Notes: generated from the sequence alone by a model not told the origin. A stretch of 64,000 nucleotides of DNA from Promethearchaeota archaeon (GCA_030599585.1 JAUVNS010000006.1:128001-192000); one strand, 5' to 3'; counted from the stretch's first letter, positions 1-10,730 are shown. Program-made: numbers and translations.

Positions 1-621
1 TAAATTTAATTCGTCTCCACTTGCAATATCGTCCTCACCTACAGCGTTTCCACATTGAGGACAATACAAAATGGGGTATTCACCTTTTTCTAAATAGCCC
101 TCATCGAATAGTTTATGAAATTGCCACTCAATTAGCTTATTGTAGAGTTTATCACCAGTAGTGAACCCTCTTCTCCAATCCAGGCTCATCCCTAAAGCTT
201 TAAAATCGCTTTTATAAGTATCCGAAAAATAGTTCACAATATTCCACGGTTCTACAAAGCTTTTGACAATCTTTTTTACTTGTCCTCGATCCGATGTATG
301 CAACGATACGTACTCTTCCATTCGCTCTATCGTTTTTTTATCATTTCTTTCAATGGAAGAAGATATTGCTAACACAGGAGTACCTGTTATATGAAATGCC
401 ATGGGATACAATACATTATATCCTTTAGCACGATAATATCTCGCAAAAACATCTCCGTTCACAAAACTCCTCCCATGGCCTATATGTGAAGGACCAGAAG
501 CATACGGATAAGGAGAGGTTATAAAAATCTTTTCCTTGTTAGCGATTGGATCAGCTTCAAAAATTTTTGCTTGCTCCCATCTATCTTGCCATTTTTTTTC
601 TATTTGTTGAGGATTATACAT
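1..621 (-). CDS. leuS: Leucyl-tRNA synthetase, archaeal type (N-terminal part; runs off the window)
   Basis: Manual translation MYNPQQIEKKWQDRW...ITSPYPYASGPSHIGHGR...PMAFHITGTP shows the class Ia HIGH motif; absent from the ORF track because it is truncated. Confidence 0.92.
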   Translation of the reverse strand, partial: MYNPQQIEKKWQDRWEQAKIFEADPIANKEKIFITSPYPYASGPSHIGHGRSFVNGDVFARYYRAKGYNVLYPMAFHITGTPVLAISSSIERNDKKTIERMEEYVSLHTSDRGQVKKIVKSFVEPWNIVNYFSDTYKSDFKALGMSLDWRRGFTTGDKLYNKLIEWQFHKLFDEGYLEKGEYPILYCPQCGNAVGEDDIASGDELNL

Positions 622-833
622 GATATACTCATCTTCAGTGTGTCATTTCCAGACTTTTTTTTAAGAATATTTTCAGATGCAATAACTACCCTTAAACCTT
701 TCTCAAATAAATTTTCTACGCTTAGCAAACAAATCCGTCAAAAATTTAAAAGAAAAAGATCGTGCGGATTTGTATCGCTATAATAATGATAGTAATAATG
801 CCTGAAGTAATACTTTTTTCTGTAAAAATTCTA

Positions 834-946
834 TTACTGAGCTCAATAGAGCAGCATTCTTCAGAACCATTATTAATGTATGCAAATCCCTTCTGTTTTA
901 TAAATTTTATCTTGGATTAAAAATTAGATTCATAATTTAGTTCTAT
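834..946 (+). repeat. Imperfect direct repeat, copy 1 (~113 bp)
   Basis: TTACTGAGCTCAATAGAGCAGCATTCTTCA... recurs at 4265-4377. Confidence 0.9.
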
Positions 947-1198
947 TGACTAAAGAATTATTTCTACATAAATACCAAAATTTTCTTGATGAATCAAGAG
1001 TTTGAAAATATAAACAATTTCTAACAATCCTCTTTTATTAATTTAATAAGTTGTTCATAAGAATGAAGAGGGAGAAGAACAAATATCTATTGCAGTTCTA
1101 TTTAAACTTTTTTTCAATTTTTTTGAAGCATAATTATTATAAATTTTCTACATTATTATCAAATTAAGTCAATTATTTAATACTCAAGATGATTAATC

Positions 1199-4100
1199 AT
1201 GCCCAGTTTACCATTAAATATTTTTTCTTCGTCTGAATGTGAGCAAATAAAGAATATGTTAAAAAATCCAGAAGAAGATCTTCAAGAGATTATTGAATTA
1301 CTAGAGGAAAATGTCGAAGTAGAATATAAAAAGTTTGAAGAATCAAAAGAAAATTATCGGAAAATCGTCGAAACTATTCCTGATCTATATTTTCTTGTGG
1401 ATGAGAACGGAACTCATTTAGATTTTAAGGGAAATGAAAATCTTCTCTATTTAAAACCAGAGATGTTTCTTGGAAAAACATTGTATGAGACCTTACCTAG
1501 AAATGTAGCTGAAAAGTATGAAAAAGCAATATCGAAGACTTTGAAAACAAAACTACCAACGATTATTGAATATTCTCTAAATGTGCAAGGAATATTAAAA
1601 TTCTATGAAGCTAGAAACTTATATTTTTCAAGTAATCGCGTAGCACTTTTTGTAAGAGATATAACAGATCGAAAAGAAGTAGAAAAAAGATTAAAAGAGT
1701 CTGAAGAGAAGTTTAAAAGTATTGCAGAACAATCTTTGATGGGGATTTGCATTGCCCAGAATAACCAAATAAAATACATTAATAAAACCTATGCGGACAT
1801 ATTTGGATATTCAGTTGAGGAGATGGGGAACTGGGAAATGAGTGATGGCATAAAAGCTATTTTTCCTGACGACAGAGAATTTGCTATTGAACAATTGACT
1901 AAAAAGCAGAAGGGAGACAAAGATGTTGTAAATCATTATCAATATCGAGGTATCAAGAAATCAGGGGAGATAATATGGGTTGACCAGTATTCAAAAACTA
2001 TAATATTTAATGAGAAAACAGCAAATTTTATCATGTTAATAGATATAACTCAAAGCAAAAATATAGAAAAAAAACTATATCATGAACGAGATCTTATTTA
2101 TACTCTTTTAGATAACCATCCCGACTTCATTTATTTTAAGGATAGCAAAGCCCGATTTCAACATATCAGTAAGCGTTTTAGTGATTTTTTTGGACGGAGA
2201 GTGGAAGAAATTATCGGAAAAACTGACTTGGAGCTCTTTCCAGAAGACATTGCTAAAAAAACTCATACTGAAGATCTCCAGATTATAAAAACAGGGATAC
2301 CATTAATTAATAAAGAAGAAACCAATGAGAAAATATGGGTTTTGACTACAAAGATGCCATGGATCGATAAAGAGGGTAAAATAAAAGGACTCTTTGGAAT
2401 TTCACGTGATATCACTGAACGGAAAAAAACAGAACAAAAATTGAAAGAATCTGAAGAAAAATTTCGAACTATAACTGAACAATCTCTCATGGGTGTAATT
2501 ATTATTCAAGATCGTCGTGTAATATATGTAAATGAAGCTGAATCAAGTATTATGGGATATTCAATTCAAGAAATGATGGAATGGTATCAAGAAGATTTAT
2601 TTGAGCATATCCATCCAGATGATAGAATTAACGCTATAAACCGAAGCCAGGAAGGAAAAGAAGGCCAAGAATTACCCCCATATTTTGCATACAGAATTGT
2701 AACTAAATCAGGAAAAGCTAAGAATGTTGAAGTATATTCTAAGTTCATTGAATTTAACGAAAAACCAGCTATTCTCACCTATGTTCTTGATGTAACAGAA
2801 AAAAAAGAAGCAGAACAAAAATATGAAAGCTTAATCAATAATCTTTCTGATATTATACTTGAATTGGATATGAAGGGCATTGTATCTTATGTTAGTCCTC
2901 AATGTTATGATATATTGGGCTATCAACCAAGTGAAATTATTGGAAAAAATGTATTTCTATTTATTCATTCCAAAGATGCATCAATCATTGCTGAATCAAT
3001 GAAAAAGGCGATTAGCACCAAAGAAATAATTTCAATTCTCCCTTATAGACTTTTACATAAAGATGGTGACATCATTAATGTATCAGCGCGAGGTAAATTT
3101 GTCATTGTAGGGGGGAATGAGAAGTTTATTGGTGCAATAAGAGATATTACATTCCAGAAAAAAATAGAGCAAGAGTTAAAGTTCTCAGAAGAAAAATATC
3201 GCTTACTCTTTGATAATTCACCCGTGGGGATCGGTATTTCTACGATTGATGGAAAAGTATTAGATAGCAATGATGCGATGGTAAAATTAACCGGCTTTTC
3301 TGCTGAAGAATTAAATAAAATTGGGGCACCCTCCATATATGTTGATCAAAGTGATCGTTCAGAGATACTAAAATTATTGAAAGCGTCTGGGAAATTACAC
3401 GATTATGAGGTTAAGTTAAGAAGAAAAGATAATACGGAATTTTATGGTTCAGTTAGTTTTGATCTAACAGAACTCAGAGGGGAACAAATTATACAAACCT
3501 CTCTGAGAGATATAACCAAAGGTAAAGATGCCGAACTAGAAATGATAAAATTAAATAACTTAAAGTCTGAACTATTAAGAAGAACCTCTCACGAGTTGAA
3601 AACACCATTAGTTTCCATAAAAGGTTTTTCAGATATTTTATTGGATTTGCACAAAGAGGACCTTGATGATTATGTCATTTCAACTATTAATCAAATCCGA
3701 AAAGGATGTATTCGCCTTCAAAATTTAATCAATGATATCTTAAAAACTGCTGAATTAGAATCAGGTGCAATTCAAGCCCATAAATCTGAAGTAGACTTGT
3801 CTTTTCTAATTAAATTGTGTGTTAACGAGCTTAAAGGACTTTCAGAGTTAAGAAAGCAAACAATTAAAATAGAAATACATGAATTAATGTTAATAATAAT
3901 AGGAGAAGAAGAAATTCATCAAGTAATTAGTAACATTTTAAGTAATGCAATTAAATATACTCCTCCTAATGGTACAATCGAAATAAGATCCGAGATTCAA
4001 GATAACTCGATTATCATTTCAGTAAAGGATAATGGGTTGGGTTTTACAGAGGAAGAAAAAGGTAGGATATTTAAGCAGTTTGGAAAAATTGAGAGATATG

Positions 4101-4258
4101 GGCAAGGATTGGATATCGTTTCAGGGGGCTCTGGTCTTGGTTTATATATTTCTAAAAAAATCATAGAATTGTATGGTGGAAAAATTTGGGTGGAGTCGGA
4201 AGGTAGTAAAAAAGGTTCAACTTTTTACTTCTCGCTTCCATTAATTGAAAAATTCTAA
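1199..4258 (+). CDS. Multi-PAS sensor histidine kinase (cytoplasmic)
   Basis: About six PAS/PAC repeats ending in RDIT/DVT; H-box SHELKTPL; N box NAIKYT; G1 DNGLG; G2 GSGLGL. Confidence 0.95.
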   Translation: MPSLPLNIFSSSECEQIKNMLKNPEEDLQEIIELLEENVEVEYKKFEESKENYRKIVETIPDLYFLVDENGTHLDFKGNENLLYLKPEMFLGKTLYETLPRNVAEKYEKAISKTLKTKLPTIIEYSLNVQGILKFYEARNLYFSSNRVALFVRDITDRKEVEKRLKESEEKFKSIAEQSLMGICIAQNNQIKYINKTYADIFGYSVEEMGNWEMSDGIKAIFPDDREFAIEQLTKKQKGDKDVVNHYQYRGIKKSGEIIWVDQYSKTIIFNEKTANFIMLIDITQSKNIEKKLYHERDLIYTLLDNHPDFIYFKDSKARFQHISKRFSDFFGRRVEEIIGKTDLELFPEDIAKKTHTEDLQIIKTGIPLINKEETNEKIWVLTTKMPWIDKEGKIKGLFGISRDITERKKTEQKLKESEEKFRTITEQSLMGVIIIQDRRVIYVNEAESSIMGYSIQEMMEWYQEDLFEHIHPDDRINAINRSQEGKEGQELPPYFAYRIVTKSGKAKNVEVYSKFIEFNEKPAILTYVLDVTEKKEAEQKYESLINNLSDIILELDMKGIVSYVSPQCYDILGYQPSEIIGKNVFLFIHSKDASIIAESMKKAISTKEIISILPYRLLHKDGDIINVSARGKFVIVGGNEKFIGAIRDITFQKKIEQELKFSEEKYRLLFDNSPVGIGISTIDGKVLDSNDAMVKLTGFSAEELNKIGAPSIYVDQSDRSEILKLLKASGKLHDYEVKLRRKDNTEFYGSVSFDLTELRGEQIIQTSLRDITKGKDAELEMIKLNNLKSELLRRTSHELKTPLVSIKGFSDILLDLHKEDLDDYVISTINQIRKGCIRLQNLINDILKTAELESGAIQAHKSEVDLSFLIKLCVNELKGLSELRKQTIKIEIHELMLIIIGEEEIHQVISNILSNAIKYTPPNGTIEIRSEIQDNSIIISVKDNGLGFTEEEKGRIFKQFGKIERYGQGLDIVSGGSGLGLYISKKIIELYGGKIWVESEGSKKGSTFYFSLPLIEKF

Positions 4259-4264
4259 AGGCTT

Positions 4265-4377
4265 TTACTGAGCTCAATAGAGCAGCATTCTTCAAAACCA
4301 TTATTAGTGTATACAAATTCATTCTGTTTTATATATTTTATCTTAGACTAAAAAGAAGATTGGTAATTTAGCTCTAT
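4265..4377 (+). repeat. Imperfect direct repeat, copy 2
   Basis: Matches 834-946. Confidence 0.9.
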
Positions 4378-4411
4378 AAATTTAAAATCTATTGTGAATT
4401 AGAAATAAATT

Positions 4412-5254
4412 ATGAAATTCGAAAATTTAATTTATAAGGAAATTGAAGAGACAGCTTGGATATTACTCAATAGACCTGAAGTCATGAACGCATTAAGCAT
4501 GAAACTTTCAGAAGAGCTTGTAGAAGCGATAGAAATGGTGAGACAATCTACAAAACTTAAATTCTTGGTCATTAAAGGTGAGGGTCCCAACTTCTGCGTT
4601 GGAGATGACATTAGAGAGATGATTAAATGGGGAAACGCTAACGATATAACTCGAAGAGTTCGATACTATCAAAATATGGCCAATCAACTTGAGGAATTGG
4701 ACAAAATGACTATTGCTGCAGTAGATGGTTTTGCTGTAGGAGGGGGGTTGGAGATCACTATGGCTTGCGATTTTGTTATAGCTACAGAGCGTTCAAAATG
4801 GGGTATGCCAGAGGTAGATGTTGGAATAACTCCCGGATGGGGTGGTACGACACGCTTAGCACGATTAATAGGTCGAAGAAGAGCGAAGGAAATCAATCTT
4901 ATTGGAGCACTTCACACGAGCAAAAAAGCTGTTGAATGGAATTTGTGGAACCGAGTTGTTGCCAACGATCAACTAGATGAAGAAGTTGAGCTATTACTAG
5001 AAGTACTTAAATCCAAAAATCAACAAGGAATGCGTCAATTAAAATTTATTATTAACAGGGGCGTAGAATGCGATTTATACACAGCTCAAGGTTTCGAAGT
5101 TTTATCGGGCGCTTTAACGGGAGCTGTGAGTGGATTTTGGAAAATAAAAGACGCAGACCAAGGCAAAGGCGTTCTCGGTTTCACTGCTAAAGATGGTAAA
5201 GATGGATTATGGCAAACGAGAAGAAGATTAGCAAAAGGATTTTGGGTAGATTGA
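4412..5254 (+). CDS. Enoyl-CoA hydratase/isomerase (crotonase family)
   Basis: LNRPEVMNAL, FCVGDD, AVGGGLE, GMPEVDVGITPGWGG. Confidence 0.93.
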   Translation: MKFENLIYKEIEETAWILLNRPEVMNALSMKLSEELVEAIEMVRQSTKLKFLVIKGEGPNFCVGDDIREMIKWGNANDITRRVRYYQNMANQLEELDKMTIAAVDGFAVGGGLEITMACDFVIATERSKWGMPEVDVGITPGWGGTTRLARLIGRRRAKEINLIGALHTSKKAVEWNLWNRVVANDQLDEEVELLLEVLKSKNQQGMRQLKFIINRGVECDLYTAQGFEVLSGALTGAVSGFWKIKDADQGKGVLGFTAKDGKDGLWQTRRRLAKGFWVD

Positions 5255-5381
5255 CTGTTCCACCATCGAAATTTGTTTTAGTTTTAAAAAGAAAAGGTAT
5301 AAATATATTATCTATGGGTTGTTAATTTACGTAATTCTTTGATATAGAAAGAATTAGTTCTAAAAAAAATTGGTTTTAAAA

Positions 5382-5657
5382 TTGGTAAAAGGAACAGTAA
5401 AATGGTTTAATAGCCGAAAAGGCTTTGGATTTATTAATTCTGAAGAAGGTGACGATGTCTTCGTTCATTACACCGCATTAGCTGGTGGAGATGACGAATA
5501 CAAAACGTTAAACGAAAACGATAAGGTTGAATTTGAAGTAACCGAAGGTCAAAAAGGCCCTCAAGCTTCCAATGTTGTCGTAACCGAAAAAGCTCCACCT
5601 CAATTTAACTCGTATAATCGAGGCGGTGGCGGCGGCGGAAGACGAAATCGCTATTAA
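5382..5657 (+). CDS. csp: Cold-shock domain protein with Gly/Arg-rich tail, copy 1
   Basis: GTVKWFN, RNP1 KGFGFI, RNP2 VFVH; TTG start (alternative TTG at 5370). Confidence 0.95.
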   Translation: MVKGTVKWFNSRKGFGFINSEEGDDVFVHYTALAGGDDEYKTLNENDKVEFEVTEGQKGPQASNVVVTEKAPPQFNSYNRGGGGGGRRNRY

Positions 5658-5952
5658 GTTAAATGAGTTAGAATAAATCTACAAATGTATTTAAATAAAA
5701 TAAGTATTAAATAATAAAAGTAAAAAACTCTTTTTGCGATTGTTATCTAACCTTATCTTTTTTTTTTTGTTTATTATTATTAAAAAAGCGCTAGTTAATT
5801 TTGAAAATATATCTGGGTAGATTGACTGTTCCACCATCGAAATTAGCTGTAGTTTTAAAAGAAAAGGTAAAAATATATTATTGATGGATTGTTAATTCAC
5901 TTAATTCTTTGATATAGAAAGAATTAGTTTTAAAGAAAAATTGGTTTTAAAA

Positions 5953-6228
5953 TTGGTAACTGGAACAGTAAAATGGTTTAATAGCCGAAAAGGATTTGGA
6001 TTTATAAATTCAGAAGATGGTACTGATGTCTTCGTTCATTTCTCTGCATTAGCAGGTGGAGATGACGAATACAAGACATTAAATGAAAACGATAAGGTTG
6101 AATTTGAAGTTACTGAAGGCGAAAAAGGCCCTCAAGCTTCAAATGTTGTCGTAACCGAAAAAGCTCCTCCTTCGTTTAACTCGTATAATCGAGGCGGTGG
6201 CGGTGGCGGAAGACGAAATCGCTATTAA
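5953..6228 (+). CDS. csp: Cold-shock domain protein with Gly/Arg-rich tail, copy 2
   Basis: Near-identical to copy 1; TTG start (alternative 5941). Confidence 0.95.
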   Translation: MVTGTVKWFNSRKGFGFINSEDGTDVFVHFSALAGGDDEYKTLNENDKVEFEVTEGEKGPQASNVVVTEKAPPSFNSYNRGGGGGGRRNRY

Positions 6229-6512
6229 TTTAAATGAGTTAGAATAAATCTGTAAATGTAATTAAATATAATAAGTATTAAATAATAAAAGTAAAAAACT
6301 CTTTTTGCGATTGTTATCTAACCTTATCTTTTTTTTTTTTGTTTTTAGAGCAAAATTATTAATTCTTTAAACATCTTGTTGGGGTTTTTAGGAATCGATT
6401 GTATTTTTATTTATTTAAAAAGGATAAATTAATTACCCGTGGATTCTTTTTGTAATTAATTCTTTAAGAAAAGATTAAAGAATTTTTTTCAAAAAAAAAT
6501 AGGTTGAATTTT

Positions 6513-6776
6513 TTGACTACAGGAACAGTAAAATGGTTTAATAGCCGAAAAGGCTTTGGATTTATTAATTCTGAAGATGGTACTGATGTCTTCGTTCATT
6601 ACTCAGCATTAGCTGGTGGAGATGACGAATACAAGACATTAAACGAGAACGATAAGGTTGAGTTTGAAGTAACCGAAGGCCAAAAAGGTCCTCAAGCTTC
6701 AAATGTCGTAGTAACCGAAAAAGCTCCTCCTCAACTTGACTCTTACAGTCGAGGCGGAAGACGAAATCGCTATTAA
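6513..6776 (+). CDS. csp: Cold-shock domain protein, copy 3 (shorter RGG tail)
   Basis: Same motifs; TTG start after AGGTTGA (alternative 6504). Confidence 0.95.
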   Translation: MTTGTVKWFNSRKGFGFINSEDGTDVFVHYSALAGGDDEYKTLNENDKVEFEVTEGQKGPQASNVVVTEKAPPQLDSYSRGGRRNRY

Positions 6777-6949
6777 GTTAAATGAGTTAGTATATGTCTA
6801 CAAATGTAATTAAATATATAATAAGTATTAAATAATAATTAAGTAAAAAATTGGAAACTCTTTTTGCGATTGTTGTTATCTAACCTTATCTTTTTTTTTT
6901 TTGTTTTTAATTGTTAAAAAAATTCTAGTTAGTTTTGAGAATAAGCGTT

Positions 6950-7777
6950 TCAGTGCTTCATGCGTTTCATTTCTTTTGAAACTTTCATAAACCCTCTGAT
7001 CATCTTTGGGAGCGAAAATCCCTTGAAGGATTTGCCACTATCTTTACACGTTGGTAATGCGTATGGAATGACTGTCATGCTACTCTTTTCAACATCTGTC
7101 ATGACATATTTCTTCAATAATTCCATTTGAGAGTCGTATGTTTCCTTATCCTTCCAAGCTTCAATCAATGACACCTTATATAAATTTGTTAGTACCATTC
7201 CAGGTTGAAATATGTTAATTTTGATATTAATATCACTCGTTTCTAACTCCTTTGCTAAGCACTGGGAAAATGCAACGACGCCTCCTTTAGAAGCAGAGTA
7301 AATAGTCATATGTTCCACAGGTCTATCGGCTCCACCGCCTGATAACATTATTATTCTTCCATATTCTTGTTTAATCATTTGAGGTAATACTGCAGATACA
7401 GAATTTATTGCTCCAATTAAGTTAATTCCGATGATAGTTTTAGCGTCTGAGTAAACCTTATCTGGAGGTAAATATTGAAACGGTCCATAAGTTAAGTTCA
7501 CTCCGGCGTTCGCTACTAAGATACGGATTGATCCAAAAGCTTCAATTGTTTTATCAACAAGGTTTTTAACTGCATCAGGATCAGAAACATCGCAAGGTAT
7601 ACCGATGACAGAGTCGCCAAATTGATTTTTAAACTCTGCTACAGTATTATTTACGTTAGTTTCATTTCGAGAACAAATTACTACTTTACATCCTTCTTTA
7701 AGAAATAGCTCGGCTATCTTTTTACCAATCCCACTTGTGGAACCGGTTACGATTGCTGTTTCATTAATCATTTTCAT
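6950..7777 (-). CDS. Short-chain dehydrogenase/reductase
   Basis: TGSTSGIG, ANAG, YSASK. Confidence 0.93.
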   Translation of the reverse strand: MKMINETAIVTGSTSGIGKKIAELFLKEGCKVVICSRNETNVNNTVAEFKNQFGDSVIGIPCDVSDPDAVKNLVDKTIEAFGSIRILVANAGVNLTYGPFQYLPPDKVYSDAKTIIGINLIGAINSVSAVLPQMIKQEYGRIIMLSGGGADRPVEHMTIYSASKGGVVAFSQCLAKELETSDINIKINIFQPGMVLTNLYKVSLIEAWKDKETYDSQMELLKKYVMTDVEKSSMTVIPYALPTCKDSGKSFKGFSLPKMIRGFMKVSKEMKRMKH

Positions 7778-7813
7778 ATTAAAATCACTTTAAATTTATA
7801 TTACGTAGTAAGT

Positions 7814-8653
7814 TTAAGGAACTTTTCGGTTCTTTTTTAGCCACTCAACTCCAAAATCTACAATATCCCGGATTGATATCAATCGACTATCTGCTATTCC
7901 AATTTTACCAGGTTTGTAATTGATTTTGGATTCAAAATCCTTTCCAAGTTGTGAAAAATCGTCACTATCGAGATCTAATTCTTCCCATTCTACCCATTTT
8001 CTCTGATTGTTTACAAGCATTGCGCATCCATTTTTACTATATTTTTTACCAGGAAAATCACTTCTATATTCAGCAAGATGTATCGACGAATTATTCTCAT
8101 GATTAACGCCCACCAATAAAATTTGACAGTCAAGTTTATATAAACGCGAAATAGGGGATCTTTCACCAAGTTCTTCCGTTAATTCGTGATTTTCTGTGAT
8201 AATTTTTGCATGTTTTCCCCATGCTGCAAACGATGAGACCGGGTGATTGCTTCGTAAGACGCCAGGCCAATGCAGAAAATTTTCTACAATTCTTCCCATC
8301 TCTCGAGTAGGTGTAATTTTTGATTCGAAAGCAGGCATTTCCTTTCTAATTGTATCCCACCAATCCTTAGGTACGGGAGGATATTGCCAATTAGAGGGGT
8401 CAGAGTTGTCGCTAGAAAAGGTTGGCATTACTAAAGTGCCTTCGTGGGTTAGGGTTTGCATTAAAGCTCTAATAACTGATAATGACCCTCCAACAGTCCA
8501 GCCAATTTTACTTAGTGAGCTATGCATAATTATTATAGCTCCGGGTTTAACACCAAGAGCTTCAAAATCGCGTTTTAAAGAAGTTATTGTGTTAGGTTTT
8601 GAAGTATAATTAACGACGCTTCTTTCAGTTTCCTTCTTATTATCGCTTTCCAT
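7814..8653 (-). CDS. AAC(3)/YokD-family N-acetyltransferase
   Basis: MHSSLSKIGWTVGG, GTLVMPTF, RSNHPVSSFAAWG, SSIHLAE. Confidence 0.9.
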   Translation of the reverse strand: MESDNKKETERSVVNYTSKPNTITSLKRDFEALGVKPGAIIIMHSSLSKIGWTVGGSLSVIRALMQTLTHEGTLVMPTFSSDNSDPSNWQYPPVPKDWWDTIRKEMPAFESKITPTREMGRIVENFLHWPGVLRSNHPVSSFAAWGKHAKIITENHELTEELGERSPISRLYKLDCQILLVGVNHENNSSIHLAEYRSDFPGKKYSKNGCAMLVNNQRKWVEWEELDLDSDDFSQLGKDFESKINYKPGKIGIADSRLISIRDIVDFGVEWLKKNRKVP

Positions 8654-8702
8654 AATAATTAAAATATGATAACTAATAATTACTTTGCTCTACTTACTAG
8701 AA

Positions 8703-9299
8703 CTACTCTAAAATGCAGTTCATCAAAAGATTGATACCTTTCGCTCTTGCTTTGAGTAGGGTTTTTTCTGGTATTCCCTCCATTTCTTTGGATGGAAGAA
8801 TTTTTTCTTTTAATACCTTTTTAAAAAGTAAATATTCGTCTTTTCTACTAATGAACGGATTGACTCTTTCCGCATGGATACAATCATCAATTGGTTTTTT
8901 TTTTCCATTGTGATTACCTTCTGTGAGATCAAATCTGTAGTTCTCATATACTAAAAAGCAATGAACCATAGGAATGTAGGGAATTTCATATTTTTTCAGA
9001 ATTTCGTCTACACCCGTCGTTATATCTTCAGTAAATTGGTAAATGCATACATGTTTATATAGTGGAATTTCAAGTTCTTGTGCAAGGCTTGCGATTACAG
9101 CATGTTTGGTAGTACAAGTACCTTTTTTATCTTTAAAGAGTATCAGTTTATCTTCATGATTCGTATTATGACCGTAGTCAATCTTATGCACATAGTCACA
9201 AGCTCTTCTGAAGGTTTTTATTCCTAAGTCCAAAAACTTAATTGAAAGTTCTCCAACAGGTTTAATTTCGGCATCAGGTAATTTATCGTACGAATCCAT
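8703..9299 (-). CDS. Hypothetical protein, possible transglutaminase-like fold
   Basis: GTCTTKH, then HCFL and FDLT, a possible Cys-His-Asp triad. Confidence 0.55.
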   Translation of the reverse strand: MDSYDKLPDAEIKPVGELSIKFLDLGIKTFRRACDYVHKIDYGHNTNHEDKLILFKDKKGTCTTKHAVIASLAQELEIPLYKHVCIYQFTEDITTGVDEILKKYEIPYIPMVHCFLVYENYRFDLTEGNHNGKKKPIDDCIHAERVNPFISRKDEYLLFKKVLKEKILPSKEMEGIPEKTLLKARAKGINLLMNCILE

Positions 9300-9476
9300 G
9301 TTACTGGTTTTATTTGAAAAAATTTAAACTATATCTCTATAGTCTATAGAATTTTCTTAAATGTAAGATAGATATCATCATAAAGAGACTTTACCTCTCT
9401 TTAAGCATGAGTAAAATATAATTGACCTTCTCCATTATTATTCCTATACCAATTAAACGAATAATTTTTTTATGCT

Positions 9477-10727
9477 ATGACGATTTTAGAAGACGCTATA
9501 GGAAATGTCATTTCTAAAGAAATGCGCTATGTTGCTGAGACAGAAGGAATCGATGTTAAAACATTGGTGAAAAAGATCTCAAAAGGAGAAGTAGTTATAA
9601 TGAAAAGAGATAATTTTCACCCTGTGGGTATCGGTACACCCTTGAGAACAAAGATAAACGTTAATCTTGGCACATCTTCTTCGGCTATAGATTTAAACGA
9701 GGAATTTAAGAAAGTAGAAGTAGCTCAGAAATATGGCGCTGATACTATCTCAGATCTTTCAATGGGCGGAGAAATTGACGAAATTAGGAAGAAAATTATA
9801 GAAATATCAAGCGTTCCTATAACGACAGTACCGATCTATCAAGCAGTAATTGAAGCTGAGCATGTATCGGAAATCACAGAAGATTTGATTTTTAAAGTAG
9901 TAGAAAAACAACTTAAGGATGGAGTAAGTTCGATCGTGTTACATTCTGGGTTTACTCTTGATATGTTAAACGAAATGAAAGGAAAAAGAATAATGAAAAT
10001 GGTTTCAAAAGGAGGAAGTTTGACTGCTTCTTATATGAAATCTAGAGAAGTCGAAAATCCTTTTCTACAGAATTTCGAAAAATTTCTCGAATTAATTAAA
10101 GAATACGATGTAGTATTAAATCTTGGGAACGCTTTGAGGAGTGGTTGCATTCACGATGAAGTGGATGAATTTCAGCTTTCTGAAATAAAGAAGAATAACA
10201 AATTAGCAAAAATTGCGAATAGTTATGGAGTCCAGGTAATTTTAGAAAGCTTGGGAGGTCATATTACCGCAAAAAACATAATAAAATGGGTGAAACTACA
10301 TAAGAAGATGACCGATAATAGACCGCTTTTCGTATCAGGACCACTTCCAATTGATATCGCTACAGGTCACGATCATATTGCTGCTGCTATTGGGGGCGCA
10401 TTTGCTTCTGGATTTGGCGCAGATTATATATGTGCCATTACTCCTGCAGAGCACCTTTGCTTACCTACGCTTGAAGATATCAAGAATGGATTAATTGCTT
10501 GCAAAATTGCTGCACACGTAGGGGATTCTATGAAATTTGGTTTGAACCATCTATTCAACGACGATTTAGAACTTTCTAAGAATCGTTATTTAAAAAACTG
10601 GAAAGAACAATTTGAATACTGTATCGATCCTGATGAACCGAAAAAGAGACACCTAACTGATGGAGAACTTTGCACGATGTGTGGTAAACACTGTGCACTT
10701 TCTATCTCAAAAAAGATGTTATTATAA
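9477..10727 (+). CDS. ThiC-family radical SAM enzyme, divergent paralogue (ThiC2/Bza-like)
   Basis: TKINVNLGTS, GADTISDLS, TVPIYQ, ITPAEHL, CTMCGKHC; ESLGGH replaces EGPGH. Confidence 0.85.
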   Translation: MTILEDAIGNVISKEMRYVAETEGIDVKTLVKKISKGEVVIMKRDNFHPVGIGTPLRTKINVNLGTSSSAIDLNEEFKKVEVAQKYGADTISDLSMGGEIDEIRKKIIEISSVPITTVPIYQAVIEAEHVSEITEDLIFKVVEKQLKDGVSSIVLHSGFTLDMLNEMKGKRIMKMVSKGGSLTASYMKSREVENPFLQNFEKFLELIKEYDVVLNLGNALRSGCIHDEVDEFQLSEIKKNNKLAKIANSYGVQVILESLGGHITAKNIIKWVKLHKKMTDNRPLFVSGPLPIDIATGHDHIAAAIGGAFASGFGADYICAITPAEHLCLPTLEDIKNGLIACKIAAHVGDSMKFGLNHLFNDDLELSKNRYLKNWKEQFEYCIDPDEPKKRHLTDGELCTMCGKHCALSISKKMLL

Positions 10728-10730
10728 CAG

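Larger units (their letters stand above)
5243..6945 (+). repeat. Tandem triplication of the csp unit (period 571 bp for copies 1 and 2)
   Basis: TGGGTAGATTGACTGTTCCACCATCGAAAT at 5243 and 5814; shared ~110-nt 3' region ending in a poly-T tract after each gene. Confidence 0.9.

Noticed and set aside
571-783. 70-aa plus-strand ORF
   Set aside because: Overlaps the leuS start on the opposite strand and shows no motif
5243-6945. Repeats as a CRISPR array or IS element
   Set aside because: The units are whole-gene duplications; there is no short repeat-spacer periodicity or transposase in the window
7814-8653. AAC(3)-like gene as evidence of antibiotic resistance
   Set aside because: The family is widespread with unknown substrates, and there is no mobile context
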